Of a stretch of DNA of 64,000 nt, positions 53,406 to 63,117 are shown piece after piece. The notes under the pieces were generated by a model. That model searched no databases, was not told the origin of the DNA, and was given only the letters and a program-made list of their open reading frames with translations. This DNA is from Alphaproteobacteria bacterium (GTDB lineage Bacteria; Pseudomonadota; Alphaproteobacteria; UBA828). Within the stretch, counting starts at the first letter, position 1, and every line of letters begins with the position of its first letter. Location of the stretch: contig CBDCQT010000010.1 in assembly GCA_965220745.1 (NCBI GenBank), forward strand, positions 736,001 through 800,000, in the 5' to 3' direction. Made by a program: the position numbers and the translations under genes.

Positions 53406-55148
53406 GTGCCAAACGCTCTTCTGGTCTACCCGGAACACCCTCCGACCTACTGGGGAGCTGACCACGCGCTGGAGCTGACGGGGGTCAAGGCGACCCACCC
53501 GCCTCTGGGATTGCTGACCATCGCCGCGTTGTTTCCTCCGAGCTATGAGCTCCGCGTGGTCGACATGAACGTGAGCGCCTTGCAGGACGCCGACCTCAAG
53601 TGGGCGGATTACGTGTTCACGTCCACGATGATCACGCAACATGTGTCGCTGCGCGCCGTGATCGAGCGCTGCAACCGCGAAGGCGTTCCGGTGGTTGCCG
53701 GCGGGCCTCATCCCACCACGTTTCACGAGGAAATTGTGGGCGTGGACCACTTCGTGCTCGACGAGGCCGAGGAGATCTTCGCGGATTTCCTTCGGGACCT
53801 GGAAGCTGGCACGGCCAAGGCCATCTATCGGGAAAAACGGAAGCCGGATGTGACCCGGACGCCGGTTCCTCGCTTTGACCTCATCGATTTGAAGAACTAC
53901 GCCACGATGAGCGTGCAGTTCTCGCGGGGATGTCCATTCGACTGTGAATTCTGCGACATCATCAAGCTCTATGGTCGCGTGCCTCGCACCAAGTCGCCGG
54001 AACAGGTCGTGGAGGAGCTCGATTCCCTCTACCGCCTGGGCTGGCGAGGCCCGGTATTTCTGGTCGACGACAACTTCATCGGCAACAAGCGAGATGCCTT
54101 GAAGCTGCTGCCGGCGATCGCCGAATGGCAGAAGGCCAGGGGGTATCCTTTCACCCTGATGACGGAAGCGAGCGCGAACCTGGCGCTGATGGACGCAATG
54201 ATGGATGCGATGATCGAGGCCGGCTTCGATACCGTGTTCGTCGGTATCGAATCCCCCAACCCCGAAGCCTTGCTCAAGACCAAGAAAGCGCAAAACACCA
54301 GCAAGACCCAGGAGAACTTCCTCTATCACGCCGTCCGAAAGATCCAGCAGCATGGCATGCAGGTGCAGGGCGGGTTCATCCTGGGTCTGGATAGCGATGA
54401 CGAGGGCGTGTTCGATGCCCAGATCGAGTTCATCCAGGAGACCGGCATTCCCGTCGCTCCTATCTACTTGTTGACCGCCCTGAAGAACACGGACATGTAC
54501 GAACGCCTGAAGTCGGAGAACCGGCTTCTGGAGATGCCACTCGGAACCAATGCCATGCCTCTCAACTTCAGGACGGAGATGAGTTACGGCACCTTGATCG
54601 AGGGCTACAAACGCGTGCTAACCACACTCTACGATCCGACCCTGGAGAATTATTTCGAGCGCTGCCTGACCCTGTTCAGGCACCTGAAGCCCGTCCGGCA
54701 TCTTCGAAAGCCCAGGAGCAAGAACGAGATCGATGGAGCTTTCATGACCGTTCGCCGTCGTCTCTCCGCCAGACAAGTTCCTGCCTATTCCAAGTTTATC
54801 GGCAAGGTCTCCAAGGATTTTCCTCGCATGCTTCCCGATGCGATCTATCTGGCGGCCATGGGTTATCACTTCGAAAAGATCACGCGTCAGCAGGTCGCAA
54901 TCCATGACTTTCTGGGCTTCCTGAGAGGCGAGCTGGAGATGTTCCGGGAGACGGCTCCAGGTCGCGCTTCGGAGGTGGAGGAATTTGCGAGCTGGCGGCA
55001 GACGTCATTCGAGGGAGCCCGGCGGCGTTACGAGTCCATACCCGATGAGTATCGATACCGGGGAGACGGGCTGGACGACGCGCTGCAGTCCTTCCGGCGT
55101 GCGGTGGATGCGCGCGCGGCTGAACCCGTGCGCTCTGCGGTGACTTGA
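53406..55148 (+). CDS. B12-binding radical SAM protein (DUF4070-like C-terminus)
   Basis: PPLGLLTIAA, VVAGGPH, SRGCPFDCEFC (CxxxCxxC), VDDNFIGN, GIES. Confidence 0.92.
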   Translation: MPNALLVYPEHPPTYWGADHALELTGVKATHPPLGLLTIAALFPPSYELRVVDMNVSALQDADLKWADYVFTSTMITQHVSLRAVIERCNREGVPVVAGGPHPTTFHEEIVGVDHFVLDEAEEIFADFLRDLEAGTAKAIYREKRKPDVTRTPVPRFDLIDLKNYATMSVQFSRGCPFDCEFCDIIKLYGRVPRTKSPEQVVEELDSLYRLGWRGPVFLVDDNFIGNKRDALKLLPAIAEWQKARGYPFTLMTEASANLALMDAMMDAMIEAGFDTVFVGIESPNPEALLKTKKAQNTSKTQENFLYHAVRKIQQHGMQVQGGFILGLDSDDEGVFDAQIEFIQETGIPVAPIYLLTALKNTDMYERLKSENRLLEMPLGTNAMPLNFRTEMSYGTLIEGYKRVLTTLYDPTLENYFERCLTLFRHLKPVRHLRKPRSKNEIDGAFMTVRRRLSARQVPAYSKFIGKVSKDFPRMLPDAIYLAAMGYHFEKITRQQVAIHDFLGFLRGELEMFRETAPGRASEVEEFASWRQTSFEGARRRYESIPDEYRYRGDGLDDALQSFRRAVDARAAEPVRSAVT

Positions 55149-55171
55149 AGAACATCTTTGTGGCCGATCGG

Positions 55172-55300
55172 TCTCACCGGGGTCAGCGCGGCAAATCGCT
55201 CCTGCGGAACTGACGCAGGAAGGCCCAAGTCTCTTCGGCTCTCCCGATGTCGCGGTTGTGGGTGCCGGACCATCCGCGCCACGTGTCCCCGTTATTCGAC
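55172..55300 (-). pseudogene. 3' remnant of esterase, copy B (direct repeat of copy A)
   Basis: Minus strand GTHNRDIGRAEETWAFLRQFRRSDLPR*, with a degenerate upstream part. Confidence 0.55.
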
Positions 55301-55355
55301 GTATAGCGCTGTGCTATCGTGACGGAAAGTTGGAGGCCGCCGCGGGAGCGATCTC

Positions 55356-56057
55356 ATGGAATTGGCGCTCGATGCCGTCACGTCCGGATATGGCGGTATC
55401 CCGATCGTCCGCGAGGTCTCGCTCGAAGTGGGCACGGGCGAGATCGTCGCCATCGTCGGCCGCAACGGCGTCGGCAAGACGACGCTGATCGAGACCGTCG
55501 CGGGCCTGCTGCCGGTGATGGGCGGCGGCATCACCTTCCGCGACCGAGATGTCACCCGTACCGATGCGCGCCACCGGGCACGTTTGGGCATGGGATACGT
55601 GCCCCAAGGGCGCGGCATCTTCTCCCGGCTCTCGGTCGAGGAGAACCTCAGGATGGGCGAGCTTGTCGGCGGGAAGCGCGCCGAGGCCGCCTTCGAGCGG
55701 GTCTACGAGTGGTTCCCGCGGCTGCGCGAGCGGCGCCGGCAGCGGGCGGGCACCCTCAGCGGCGGCGAGCAGCAGATGCTCGCCATCGGGCGAATTCTGG
55801 TGGGCCAGCCCAGCATCCTGCTGCTCGACGAGCCCTCGGAAGGCATCCAGCCCACCATCGTCGAGCTCATCGCCGACGTGATCGCGAGCCTCAACCAGAA
55901 GGACTCGCTCACCGTGCTGCTGGTCGAGCAGAACATCGACCTGGTGTGCGCGACCGCCCATCGCTGCATCGTGGTGGACAAGGGCGCGACGGCAGCGACG
56001 CTCACGCCGGGCGAGCTCGCCGACCCGGAGGTCGCGCGCAAGTACCTCGCGATCTAG
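55356..56057 (+). CDS. ABC ATP-binding protein (UrtE/LivF-like)
   Basis: GRNGVGKTT, LSGGEQQ, LLDEPSEGIQP, VEQN. Confidence 0.93.
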   Translation: MELALDAVTSGYGGIPIVREVSLEVGTGEIVAIVGRNGVGKTTLIETVAGLLPVMGGGITFRDRDVTRTDARHRARLGMGYVPQGRGIFSRLSVEENLRMGELVGGKRAEAAFERVYEWFPRLRERRRQRAGTLSGGEQQMLAIGRILVGQPSILLLDEPSEGIQPTIVELIADVIASLNQKDSLTVLLVEQNIDLVCATAHRCIVVDKGATAATLTPGELADPEVARKYLAI

Positions 56058-56087
56058 CCAAGCTATCTCACCAGTGTCACGGCCCGC
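56054..56087 (+). mobile_element. Degenerate MITE end at the ATPase TAG stop
   Basis: CTAGCCAAGCTATCTCACCAGTGTCACGGCCCGC aligns ungapped to the MITE terminal repeat. Confidence 0.65.
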
Positions 56088-56113
56088 TTTGCGGCCCAGG
56101 GAGGAAGAACAGG

Positions 56114-57532
56114 ATGAGCGGTGACGATCTCTGCTTTCAGACTGCGACCGAAGTAATCGCAGCATTCAAGGCGCGCACGCTGTCGCCCGTGGAACTGATG
56201 GACGCGATCATCGATCGCTGCGAGCGGGTCAACCCGACGATCAGCGCGTTCACCTACACCTTCTTCGACCGCGCGCGGGAACAAGCCAGGGAGGCCGAAA
56301 AGGCTTATGCAGCCGGTACCGCACGGGCGCTGGAGGGCGTGCCTTGCGTGATCAAGGACCTGCATCCGGTCGAGGGCGAAATCACCACGTGGGGCTCCAA
56401 GGTCTATGAAGGCGTACCAGCCGATTACACGGTGCCGACGGTGCAACGCCTGTTCGATGCAGGCATCATCATGCACGCCCGCTCGACCACATCGGAGTTC
56501 GCCCATACCGGGCACGGCCACAGCCCGCTTTGGGGCGTGACACGCAACCCGTGGAATCTTGAACTGAGTCCAGGCGGCTCTTCGGCCGGCGCAGGCGCCT
56601 CGGTCTGCGCAGGGCTCACCACCATCGCGGACGGCACCGACGGCGGCGGCTCGGTGCGCATTCCGGCCTCGGCATGCGGCGTCTTCGGCTACAAGCCGCC
56701 GTTCGGCCGCAATCCGGTCAACCTGCTCGCCACCAATTGGGAGCCGATCCTTCACTTCGGCCCGATCACGCGAAGCGTGGCCGACGGGGCGCTGATGCAG
56801 AACGTGATGAGCGGACAGCACGTCAGCGACATCACCACGCTGCGGGACAAGGTGGTCTTGCCGGAGAGATTCGAGAGCTTCCGGGGGGCCAAGGTCGCGG
56901 TCTCGATGGACCTCGGCTATTTCGAGGTCGACGACGAAGTGCGCAAGAACACGCAGGCGGCCTTCGACGTGTTCGAGAACGAGCTCGGCTGCACCGTGAC
57001 CGAGGTCGATCTCGGCTGGACCTATGCCACCTACGACGCCTGGGTCACCCACTGGCAGGGGCTGTTCTCGGCGATCGCAGGGCATTACCTGCCACGCTGG
57101 CAATACGAAATGGACCCGGTGGTGGTCAATCTGCTCAAGACCGGCGACACCCACAGCGCCGCCCGTGTGCGCCAGATCGAGTTCGTCGCGACCGATATGT
57201 ACCGCTCGCTCGGGCCGATCCTGGAGGAACACGATGTGCTGCTTTGCCCCACCCTCGCGGTTGCCGCCACTGGGGCCGAGCACGGCGGCGACGACGCCGA
57301 CTTCACCATCAACGGCAAGCCCGTCGATGCCATGCTGCAATGGGCGATGACCTATCCGTTCAACCTAGTCAGCCAGTGCCCGGTCGCGAGCGTGCCGAGC
57401 GGCTTCGTGAGCAACGGCGCGCCCTCCGGTCTCCAGATCGTGGGCCGCACCTACGAGGACGAGACCGTGTTCCGCGCTGCGGCCGCGCTCGAGGCGGTCA
57501 GGCCCTGGCGGGGGCAGAGGCCGCCGGTTTGA
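56114..57532 (+). CDS. Amidase signature family enzyme
   Basis: IKDL, TRNPW, PGGSSAG, GTDGGGSVRIPAS. Confidence 0.93.
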   Translation: MSGDDLCFQTATEVIAAFKARTLSPVELMDAIIDRCERVNPTISAFTYTFFDRAREQAREAEKAYAAGTARALEGVPCVIKDLHPVEGEITTWGSKVYEGVPADYTVPTVQRLFDAGIIMHARSTTSEFAHTGHGHSPLWGVTRNPWNLELSPGGSSAGAGASVCAGLTTIADGTDGGGSVRIPASACGVFGYKPPFGRNPVNLLATNWEPILHFGPITRSVADGALMQNVMSGQHVSDITTLRDKVVLPERFESFRGAKVAVSMDLGYFEVDDEVRKNTQAAFDVFENELGCTVTEVDLGWTYATYDAWVTHWQGLFSAIAGHYLPRWQYEMDPVVVNLLKTGDTHSAARVRQIEFVATDMYRSLGPILEEHDVLLCPTLAVAATGAEHGGDDADFTINGKPVDAMLQWAMTYPFNLVSQCPVASVPSGFVSNGAPSGLQIVGRTYEDETVFRAAAALEAVRPWRGQRPPV

Positions 57533-57617
57533 CGGCCGGCGCGGTTGCCTTCCCGACGGCGGCCACGGCATACTGACATCGGGACAACAGGTTCTTCACA
57601 AGGGAGGAAGGTAAATC

Positions 57618-58886
57618 ATGTCTAAGGCGATACGACTCCGCTCCAAATGGAAATGGGCGGTTGTGCCGTTAACTCTAGCGGCAGTGGCCTTGTTTTCTAA
57701 CACCGAAGCGGCCGCAGAGGATCCGATCAAGATCTGCGTGATCGACGATCATTCCGGCGATTTCGCGCTGATAGTAGCGCCAAAGACGCTCGGTTACGAG
57801 ACAGCGATCAAGGAAATTAACGACGCAGGCGGTGTGTTGGGTCGCCAGCTCGAGATGGTCTTCTATGACGGCCAGTCCGACGTCAAGAGGCACCAAGAGC
57901 TCGCGCAAAAATGCATTCTCGACGATGAAGTCGACGTCGTCATGGCCGGTGCGACCAGCTCGGCGCGTGAGGCGGCACGGGCAGTCGCGGTCGAAAACGA
58001 GGTGATTTACTGGCACAACAACCAGGGCGAGGGCGGAATCGCCGACAAGTACTCGTTCTTCACCGGACCCATTCCCGAGCAGCAAATTCTCACCGGTGTG
58101 AGCTATATGATCGAGAAGTACGGGCCCAAGATGTACATCCTGGCGGCCGATTACGGCTTCGGTCAAGTCAGCGCCTTGTGGACGCACGCCGCCGCCGGTC
58201 TTTACGGCGGGGAAGTCGTCGGCGAAGAGTTCATTCCGCTCGGGAACTCCGACTTTGCCGCGACCATTGCGAACATCCAGAAGGCAAAGCCTGACTTCGG
58301 CGTCTTCTATCTGGTGGGCGGCGCCCAGTACAACTACTATCCGCAGGCCGCCGCTGCCGGCGCCAACATTCCGGCGGTTTCGACCGTGAACGTGCAGCAG
58401 GGATACGAGCACAAGCGCTACCCGCCGCCCGCTCTGGTCGACATGTACATCCCCTTCGGGTTCGTCGAGGAGACACCGACGGATTCCGCGCGCGCGTTCG
58501 TCGAGAAGGCGCGAGCGATCAATCCGGACGAGCCCTACATCAACCAGATGACGCGCTGCGCCTACGTCGCGATCCACCTCATGGCGCTGGCGTGGGAGCG
58601 GGCCGGAACGACCGAGACGCAGGCCACCATCGCGGCTCTGGAATCGGGCCTCTCCTTCGATGCGCCTGAGGGCCCGGTCTTCCTCGATCCGGCGACGCAC
58701 CATCTGACCATGGATATCAGGATGGGGCGCGTGAACGAGAATCACGATCTCGAATTCGTTCACGACTTCGGCGCCATCGAGCCCTGGTGGCTCAGGACGC
58801 TCGGCGTCAATCTGGTACGGACCGACGAGGCGAGGCAGTTCCTGCCCTGGGATGACCCGCGCCTCGCGCAGTACAAGACTGAGTAG
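57618..58886 (+). CDS. Urea/short-chain amide ABC substrate-binding protein (UrtA/AmiC/FmdD-like)
   Basis: Signal peptide; EINDAGGVLGRQLE...D.QSD, SSAREA, ADYGFGQ, GEEFIPLG. Confidence 0.88.
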   Translation: MSKAIRLRSKWKWAVVPLTLAAVALFSNTEAAAEDPIKICVIDDHSGDFALIVAPKTLGYETAIKEINDAGGVLGRQLEMVFYDGQSDVKRHQELAQKCILDDEVDVVMAGATSSAREAARAVAVENEVIYWHNNQGEGGIADKYSFFTGPIPEQQILTGVSYMIEKYGPKMYILAADYGFGQVSALWTHAAAGLYGGEVVGEEFIPLGNSDFAATIANIQKAKPDFGVFYLVGGAQYNYYPQAAAAGANIPAVSTVNVQQGYEHKRYPPPALVDMYIPFGFVEETPTDSARAFVEKARAINPDEPYINQMTRCAYVAIHLMALAWERAGTTETQATIAALESGLSFDAPEGPVFLDPATHHLTMDIRMGRVNENHDLEFVHDFGAIEPWWLRTLGVNLVRTDEARQFLPWDDPRLAQYKTE

Positions 58887-58903
58887 CGATCACTTCTCCT
58901 GTA

Positions 58904-58944
58904 GTCCGGTAGCGGGGCCGCCGTTCAAGGCTCCGCTGCCGGAC
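58904..58944 (+). other. GC-rich stem-loop after the substrate-binding protein gene
   Basis: GTCCGGTAGCGGGGCC...GGCTCCGCTGCCGGAC pairs with G-U wobbles; no U-tract, so a stabiliser is more likely than a terminator. Confidence 0.5.
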
Positions 58945-58976
58945 GCTGACATGCTCTTGTCAGAAAGAGGCGCCGA

Positions 58977-59247
58977 CTAGCCCGGATTTCTCACCAATGT
59001 CACAGCCTGCGTCGCGCCCAGACGTTCGATCCGCCAGGAGCGGGCCGAAAAGCGTATCAGGGAATACGGTTGAGGTTCGCGACGCCGCGGGCGAGCGCCG
59101 GGGCGCGACCCGAAGGGCGGTGCTTTCAGGCCGACAGAGTGTGTCAAGCCGTTTGCCCGATGCCCCACATCGCGCTGCACAGCTTTCCTGCTCTGTCGGC
59201 CTGAAAGCACCGCGCAGACCATGACATTGGTGAGAAAGCCGGGCTAG
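58977..59247. mobile_element. Complete non-coding MITE (271 bp including flanking CTAG)
   Basis: Terminal inverted repeat CTAGCCCGG(A/C)TTTCTCACCAATGTCA (25/26 identical). Internal perfect 23-bp inverted repeat 59117-59139/59191-59213. No transposase. Confidence 0.85.
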
Positions 59248-59263
59248 GGGGAAGGCCCGTCGC

Positions 59264-60154
59264 ATGGAGACGATCTCGTTCATCGTCGGCCTGCTCTACC
59301 AATACGCCGACACGATCGCGCTCCTCGCCCTCTCGGCCATCGGCCTCATCATCATCTTCGGCATGATGGGCGTCATCAACATGGCGCACGGCGAGATGAT
59401 GATGATCGGCGCATACATCACGTCGTTCTCTTACTACGCCGGCATCCCGACCGCGCTTGCCGTCATTTTCGGCGGCATCGGGGCGGGCGTCGCCGGGATG
59501 GTCCTGGAACGCCTGGTCATACGACGATTCTACGGGCAGCTCTTATCGTCCCTTGTGGCGACATGGGGGCTCAGCCTCATCTTGAGCCAGGGGGCTCTGC
59601 TCGTCTTCGGCCAACTCATCCAGAGCGTGCCGACACCGTTCGGCAGCTTCACGGTCGCCGATCTGTCCTACTCCTACTACCGCGTGTTCATCTTCCTGGT
59701 CGCGCTGGTCATGATCGCGGGCCTCTGGGGGCTCTTCCGTTTCACGCGCTTCGGCGTGCGCGCGCGGGCGACCATGGAGAACCCCAGGATGGCGCGGGCG
59801 CTCGGGGTCGATACCACCCGCGTCTACGCCCTCACCTTCGGGCTCGGCACCATGCTGGGGGGCTTTGCCGGCGGACTGCTGGCGCTGACGTCGACCATCG
59901 GCCCCTTCTACGGCATGACCTATACGCCGCAGGCCTTCATCACGGTGGTCGTGGGCGGCGGCGCGGAGGTGGTGACGGGGCTGCTCGCCAGCGTCCTCTC
60001 CCTCGGTGCCATCAAGACCATCTTCATGAACCAGACGAACATCCTGCTCGGGCACGTCGCGATGCTGGTGCTCGCCTTCGTGATCATTCGCCTGATGCCG
60101 TCCGGAATCTCGGACTGGGTGGAGAGGCGACAGGTCAGGGTGCGGGAGCGCTAG
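59264..60154 (+). CDS. Amide/urea ABC permease (UrtB/LivH-like)
   Basis: IIFGMMGVINMAHGE, TRFG...RA...N..MA.ALG. Confidence 0.92.
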   Translation: METISFIVGLLYQYADTIALLALSAIGLIIIFGMMGVINMAHGEMMMIGAYITSFSYYAGIPTALAVIFGGIGAGVAGMVLERLVIRRFYGQLLSSLVATWGLSLILSQGALLVFGQLIQSVPTPFGSFTVADLSYSYYRVFIFLVALVMIAGLWGLFRFTRFGVRARATMENPRMARALGVDTTRVYALTFGLGTMLGGFAGGLLALTSTIGPFYGMTYTPQAFITVVVGGGAEVVTGLLASVLSLGAIKTIFMNQTNILLGHVAMLVLAFVIIRLMPSGISDWVERRQVRVRER

Positions 60155-60163
60155 GGAGCCGGG

Positions 60164-61249
60164 ATGTCTGTCATTCAGCGACCCCTGGCACTTCTGGTCG
60201 GCCCGCAGGAGATGGGCCGGACCTGGTATTTCTGGGTCGGCTTCGTGATCGTGATCGGCGTCGGCGCTGCTGCCCCCCAATATCTCGGGCGTTTCGATCT
60301 TCTCAACCTGTCGAACTTCCTGACCAGCATCTTCCTGGCGCTTAGCCTCTGCCTGATATGGGGCTTCTGCGGCATCCTGAGCCTCGGTCAGGCGGCGTTC
60401 CTCGGCCTTGGCGGCTACGCCTACGGCGTCGCGGGCATCAACTTCATCGAGAGCCACGGCAACACCTGGGCCGCGCTCGGCATCGGGCTTTCGGTGCCGG
60501 TGGCGCTCGCGGCGGTGCTTGGCTTCGTCATGTTCTATGCGCGGCTCAAGGGCGTCTACGTGGCGATCCTGATGCTCGTGGTGACGCTTCTGTTCGAGAC
60601 CTTCCTCAATCAGACCGCAGGCCAGGGCTGGTTCATCGGTGACGCTCACTTGGGCGGAAACAACGGCCTCGGGCGGTTCTCGGGCGTCATCAAGAAGCCC
60701 CCCAGCTTCATCTTCAGCGAAGGGGGGATCAAGTTCCTCGGCAAGAGCTACGCCTTCTTCTATCTGACGTTCGGACTGGCGGTGCTCTGCTATCTGGGCC
60801 TGCGCATCATGGTGAACTCGAAGCTCGGCTTCGTCATGGTCGCGATCCGGGAGGACCCGGAGCGAACCGAGGCACTCGGCTACGACGTGCGCCTGATCCA
60901 GCTCGTCGTCTTCTGCGTCTCCGCCCTTCTGGCCTCGATGTCCGGCATTCTCTACGTCTCCTGGGGCCGCTTCATCACGCCGGACGTGTTCGGCGTGTAC
61001 AACAATATCCTGCCGGTCATCTGGGTTGCCGTCGCAGGCCGCAAGAGCCTGACCGCTACCGTCATCGGGACCCTCGTGCTGGTCTGGATGTCGCAGCGCC
61101 TGACCGAGACCGACTACGCCTTCGTGGTGCTCGGCGGCATTCTGGTGGGCGCCATGCTCCTGCTGCCGGAGGGAGTCATCACCGGGATCGTCGATCGCAG
61201 CGCCGGACTCCGCGCCCGGCTGGCGGCAAGAATCAGGGCGCAGGCCTGA
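60164..61249 (+). CDS. Amide/urea ABC permease (UrtC/LivM-like)
   Basis: WGFCGILSLGQAAF.G.GGY, AIRED.ER...LGY. Confidence 0.92.
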   Translation: MSVIQRPLALLVGPQEMGRTWYFWVGFVIVIGVGAAAPQYLGRFDLLNLSNFLTSIFLALSLCLIWGFCGILSLGQAAFLGLGGYAYGVAGINFIESHGNTWAALGIGLSVPVALAAVLGFVMFYARLKGVYVAILMLVVTLLFETFLNQTAGQGWFIGDAHLGGNNGLGRFSGVIKKPPSFIFSEGGIKFLGKSYAFFYLTFGLAVLCYLGLRIMVNSKLGFVMVAIREDPERTEALGYDVRLIQLVVFCVSALLASMSGILYVSWGRFITPDVFGVYNNILPVIWVAVAGRKSLTATVIGTLVLVWMSQRLTETDYAFVVLGGILVGAMLLLPEGVITGIVDRSAGLRARLAARIRAQA

Positions 61250-61252
61250 GCG

Positions 61253-61993
61253 ATGCCGCTGCTGGAGGTCAAGAACCTGTCCAAGGCATTCGGCGGGGTG
61301 CGCGCGGTGGACGGCGTCGACTTCTCCCTGGAGCAAGGCGAGCTGCGCTCCATCATCGGCCCCAACGGCGCCGGCAAGAGCACCCTCTTCAAGCTGCTGC
61401 TCGGCAGCATCAAGCCGGACAAGGGCAAGATCTGGTTCCGGGACCGCGATGTCACCCGGGCCGAGCCGCACAAGCGCGCCCACATGGGGATCGGCGTCAA
61501 GTTTCAGCATCTCGGCGTCTACGGCGACCTCACGGTGCGCCACAACATGCAGCTGCCGCTGCAGCACAGCCTCTCGGGCGAGGCGATGGATGCCGAGATC
61601 GCTCGGCTGCTGGAGCGGCTCAATCTCGCTGGTACGGAAGACCGCCGCGTGGCCGAGCTCAGCCACGGCCAGCGGCAGTGGCTCGCGATCGGCATGGCGC
61701 TCGCCATGCGACCGGTCCTTCTCCTGCTCGACGAGCCGACCGCCGGCATGGGGCCGGAGGAGACCCGCGAGACGGGTACGCTCGTCCACTCGGTCCACGA
61801 GGAAGGTGTTACGATCGTCGTCGTCGAGCACGACATGGCGTTCGTGCGTCAACTGGGCGCGCCGGTTACCGTGCTGCACTATGGCCGCGTGTTCGCCGAG
61901 GGATCACTCGCGGCGATCGAGGGCAACGAGGACGTTCGCAACATCTATCTCGGCGCGTCACGAACGATGGCCGTTCGAGGCCGCCACCACTGA
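61253..61993 (+). CDS. ABC ATP-binding protein (UrtD/LivG-like)
   Basis: GPNGAGKST, LSHGQRQWL, DEPTAGM, VEHD. Confidence 0.93.
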   Translation: MPLLEVKNLSKAFGGVRAVDGVDFSLEQGELRSIIGPNGAGKSTLFKLLLGSIKPDKGKIWFRDRDVTRAEPHKRAHMGIGVKFQHLGVYGDLTVRHNMQLPLQHSLSGEAMDAEIARLLERLNLAGTEDRRVAELSHGQRQWLAIGMALAMRPVLLLLDEPTAGMGPEETRETGTLVHSVHEEGVTIVVVEHDMAFVRQLGAPVTVLHYGRVFAEGSLAAIEGNEDVRNIYLGASRTMAVRGRHH

Positions 61994-62020
61994 GGCCGAC
62001 AGACCAAGGGAGAGACGGCG

Positions 62021-63010
62021 ATGCAGAGAATCAATCGGGGCGATATTCCCGCCAAGTATGCCTTCGACTGGGAAGACGAGCCGGTGCTCCGGGTGGCGCA
62101 GGGCGAGGCGTTTCAACTGGAGACCGACGACGCGCTTTCCGGCCTGATCGTCGACGACAGCGACGACCCCGAGGTGCACGACTTCACCGGCGAGCATGTC
62201 GTCTCCCTGCAGAGCGTCTGGCCGCCGACCTACAACCCGGTGGTCGGCCCGATCTACGTGGAAGGTTGCGAGCGGGGCGATACGCTTGCCGTCCACATCG
62301 ACTGGATCGACCCCTGGCGCTACGGCTTCTCGGGCATCCTGCCGGGCATCGGTCCGCTGGGGGATTCCAAGCGCTGGGCGGACTGCTCGGAGCCGCACGT
62401 GCAGGTGATCGAGCACTTTCCCGGCCCGAGCGGGCATACGCGGGATGGCACGGGGAAGTACTCCGACAAGCTCACCTGGGACCTGATGCCCTTCTGCGGC
62501 ACGCTTGCGTGCGCGCCGGAGCGCGAGGTGTTCACCTCGCTGCTGGGCCAGGGCCCCTTCGGCGGCAACATCGACTGCCGCGACGTGCGCGCAGGCCACA
62601 CGATCTTGCTCAACGCCTACCACGATGGCGGCCTGCTCTACGTGGGCGACATGCACGGCGGGCAGGGCGACACGGAGTTCACGGGCATCGCCGACGAGAC
62701 GCGGGCGACGATCCAGCTGAGCGCAACCGTGATCAAGAACAAGCACGCGCCCTGCGTGCGCATCGAGAAGCCGGACAGCATCGTGGCGGTCGGCGTCAAC
62801 CTGCCGATGGAGCACGCGGTCTACGACGCCTGCGACAACATGATGCAGTGGCTCAGGGACGACTACGGCATCAGCGGCAAGGACACGTACATCCGCATGT
62901 CGTGCGACCCGGCGTTCCGCATCCGCACCTACCAGATGGTGCGCGCGGTAACGATCCAGCACGTGGTCGGCGCCGAGTATCCCAAGGAGCGCCTCATCCC
63001 CGCCATCTGA
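62021..63010 (+). CDS. Acetamidase/formamidase family protein
   Basis: NP..GPIYVEG...GD.L.V.I, GGNID, GDMHGGQGD.E. Confidence 0.88.
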   Translation: MQRINRGDIPAKYAFDWEDEPVLRVAQGEAFQLETDDALSGLIVDDSDDPEVHDFTGEHVVSLQSVWPPTYNPVVGPIYVEGCERGDTLAVHIDWIDPWRYGFSGILPGIGPLGDSKRWADCSEPHVQVIEHFPGPSGHTRDGTGKYSDKLTWDLMPFCGTLACAPEREVFTSLLGQGPFGGNIDCRDVRAGHTILLNAYHDGGLLYVGDMHGGQGDTEFTGIADETRATIQLSATVIKNKHAPCVRIEKPDSIVAVGVNLPMEHAVYDACDNMMQWLRDDYGISGKDTYIRMSCDPAFRIRTYQMVRAVTIQHVVGAEYPKERLIPAI

Positions 63011-63117
63011 GGCGCGCGTGGAGGCCGCCGGCCGATGTCAGCGGTGGGCTGGGACGCGCCGGCGTTGATGCGGAACCTCGCCGAGCGCCAGCTCGTGTGA
63101 CCGGCGCGGCCGGCGCG

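Noticed and set aside
53406-55148. Calling the radical SAM gene hpnP (hopanoid C-2 methylase)
   Set aside because: The domain layout is similar, but there are no hopanoid genes nearby and I cannot confirm HpnP-specific features without a phylogeny.
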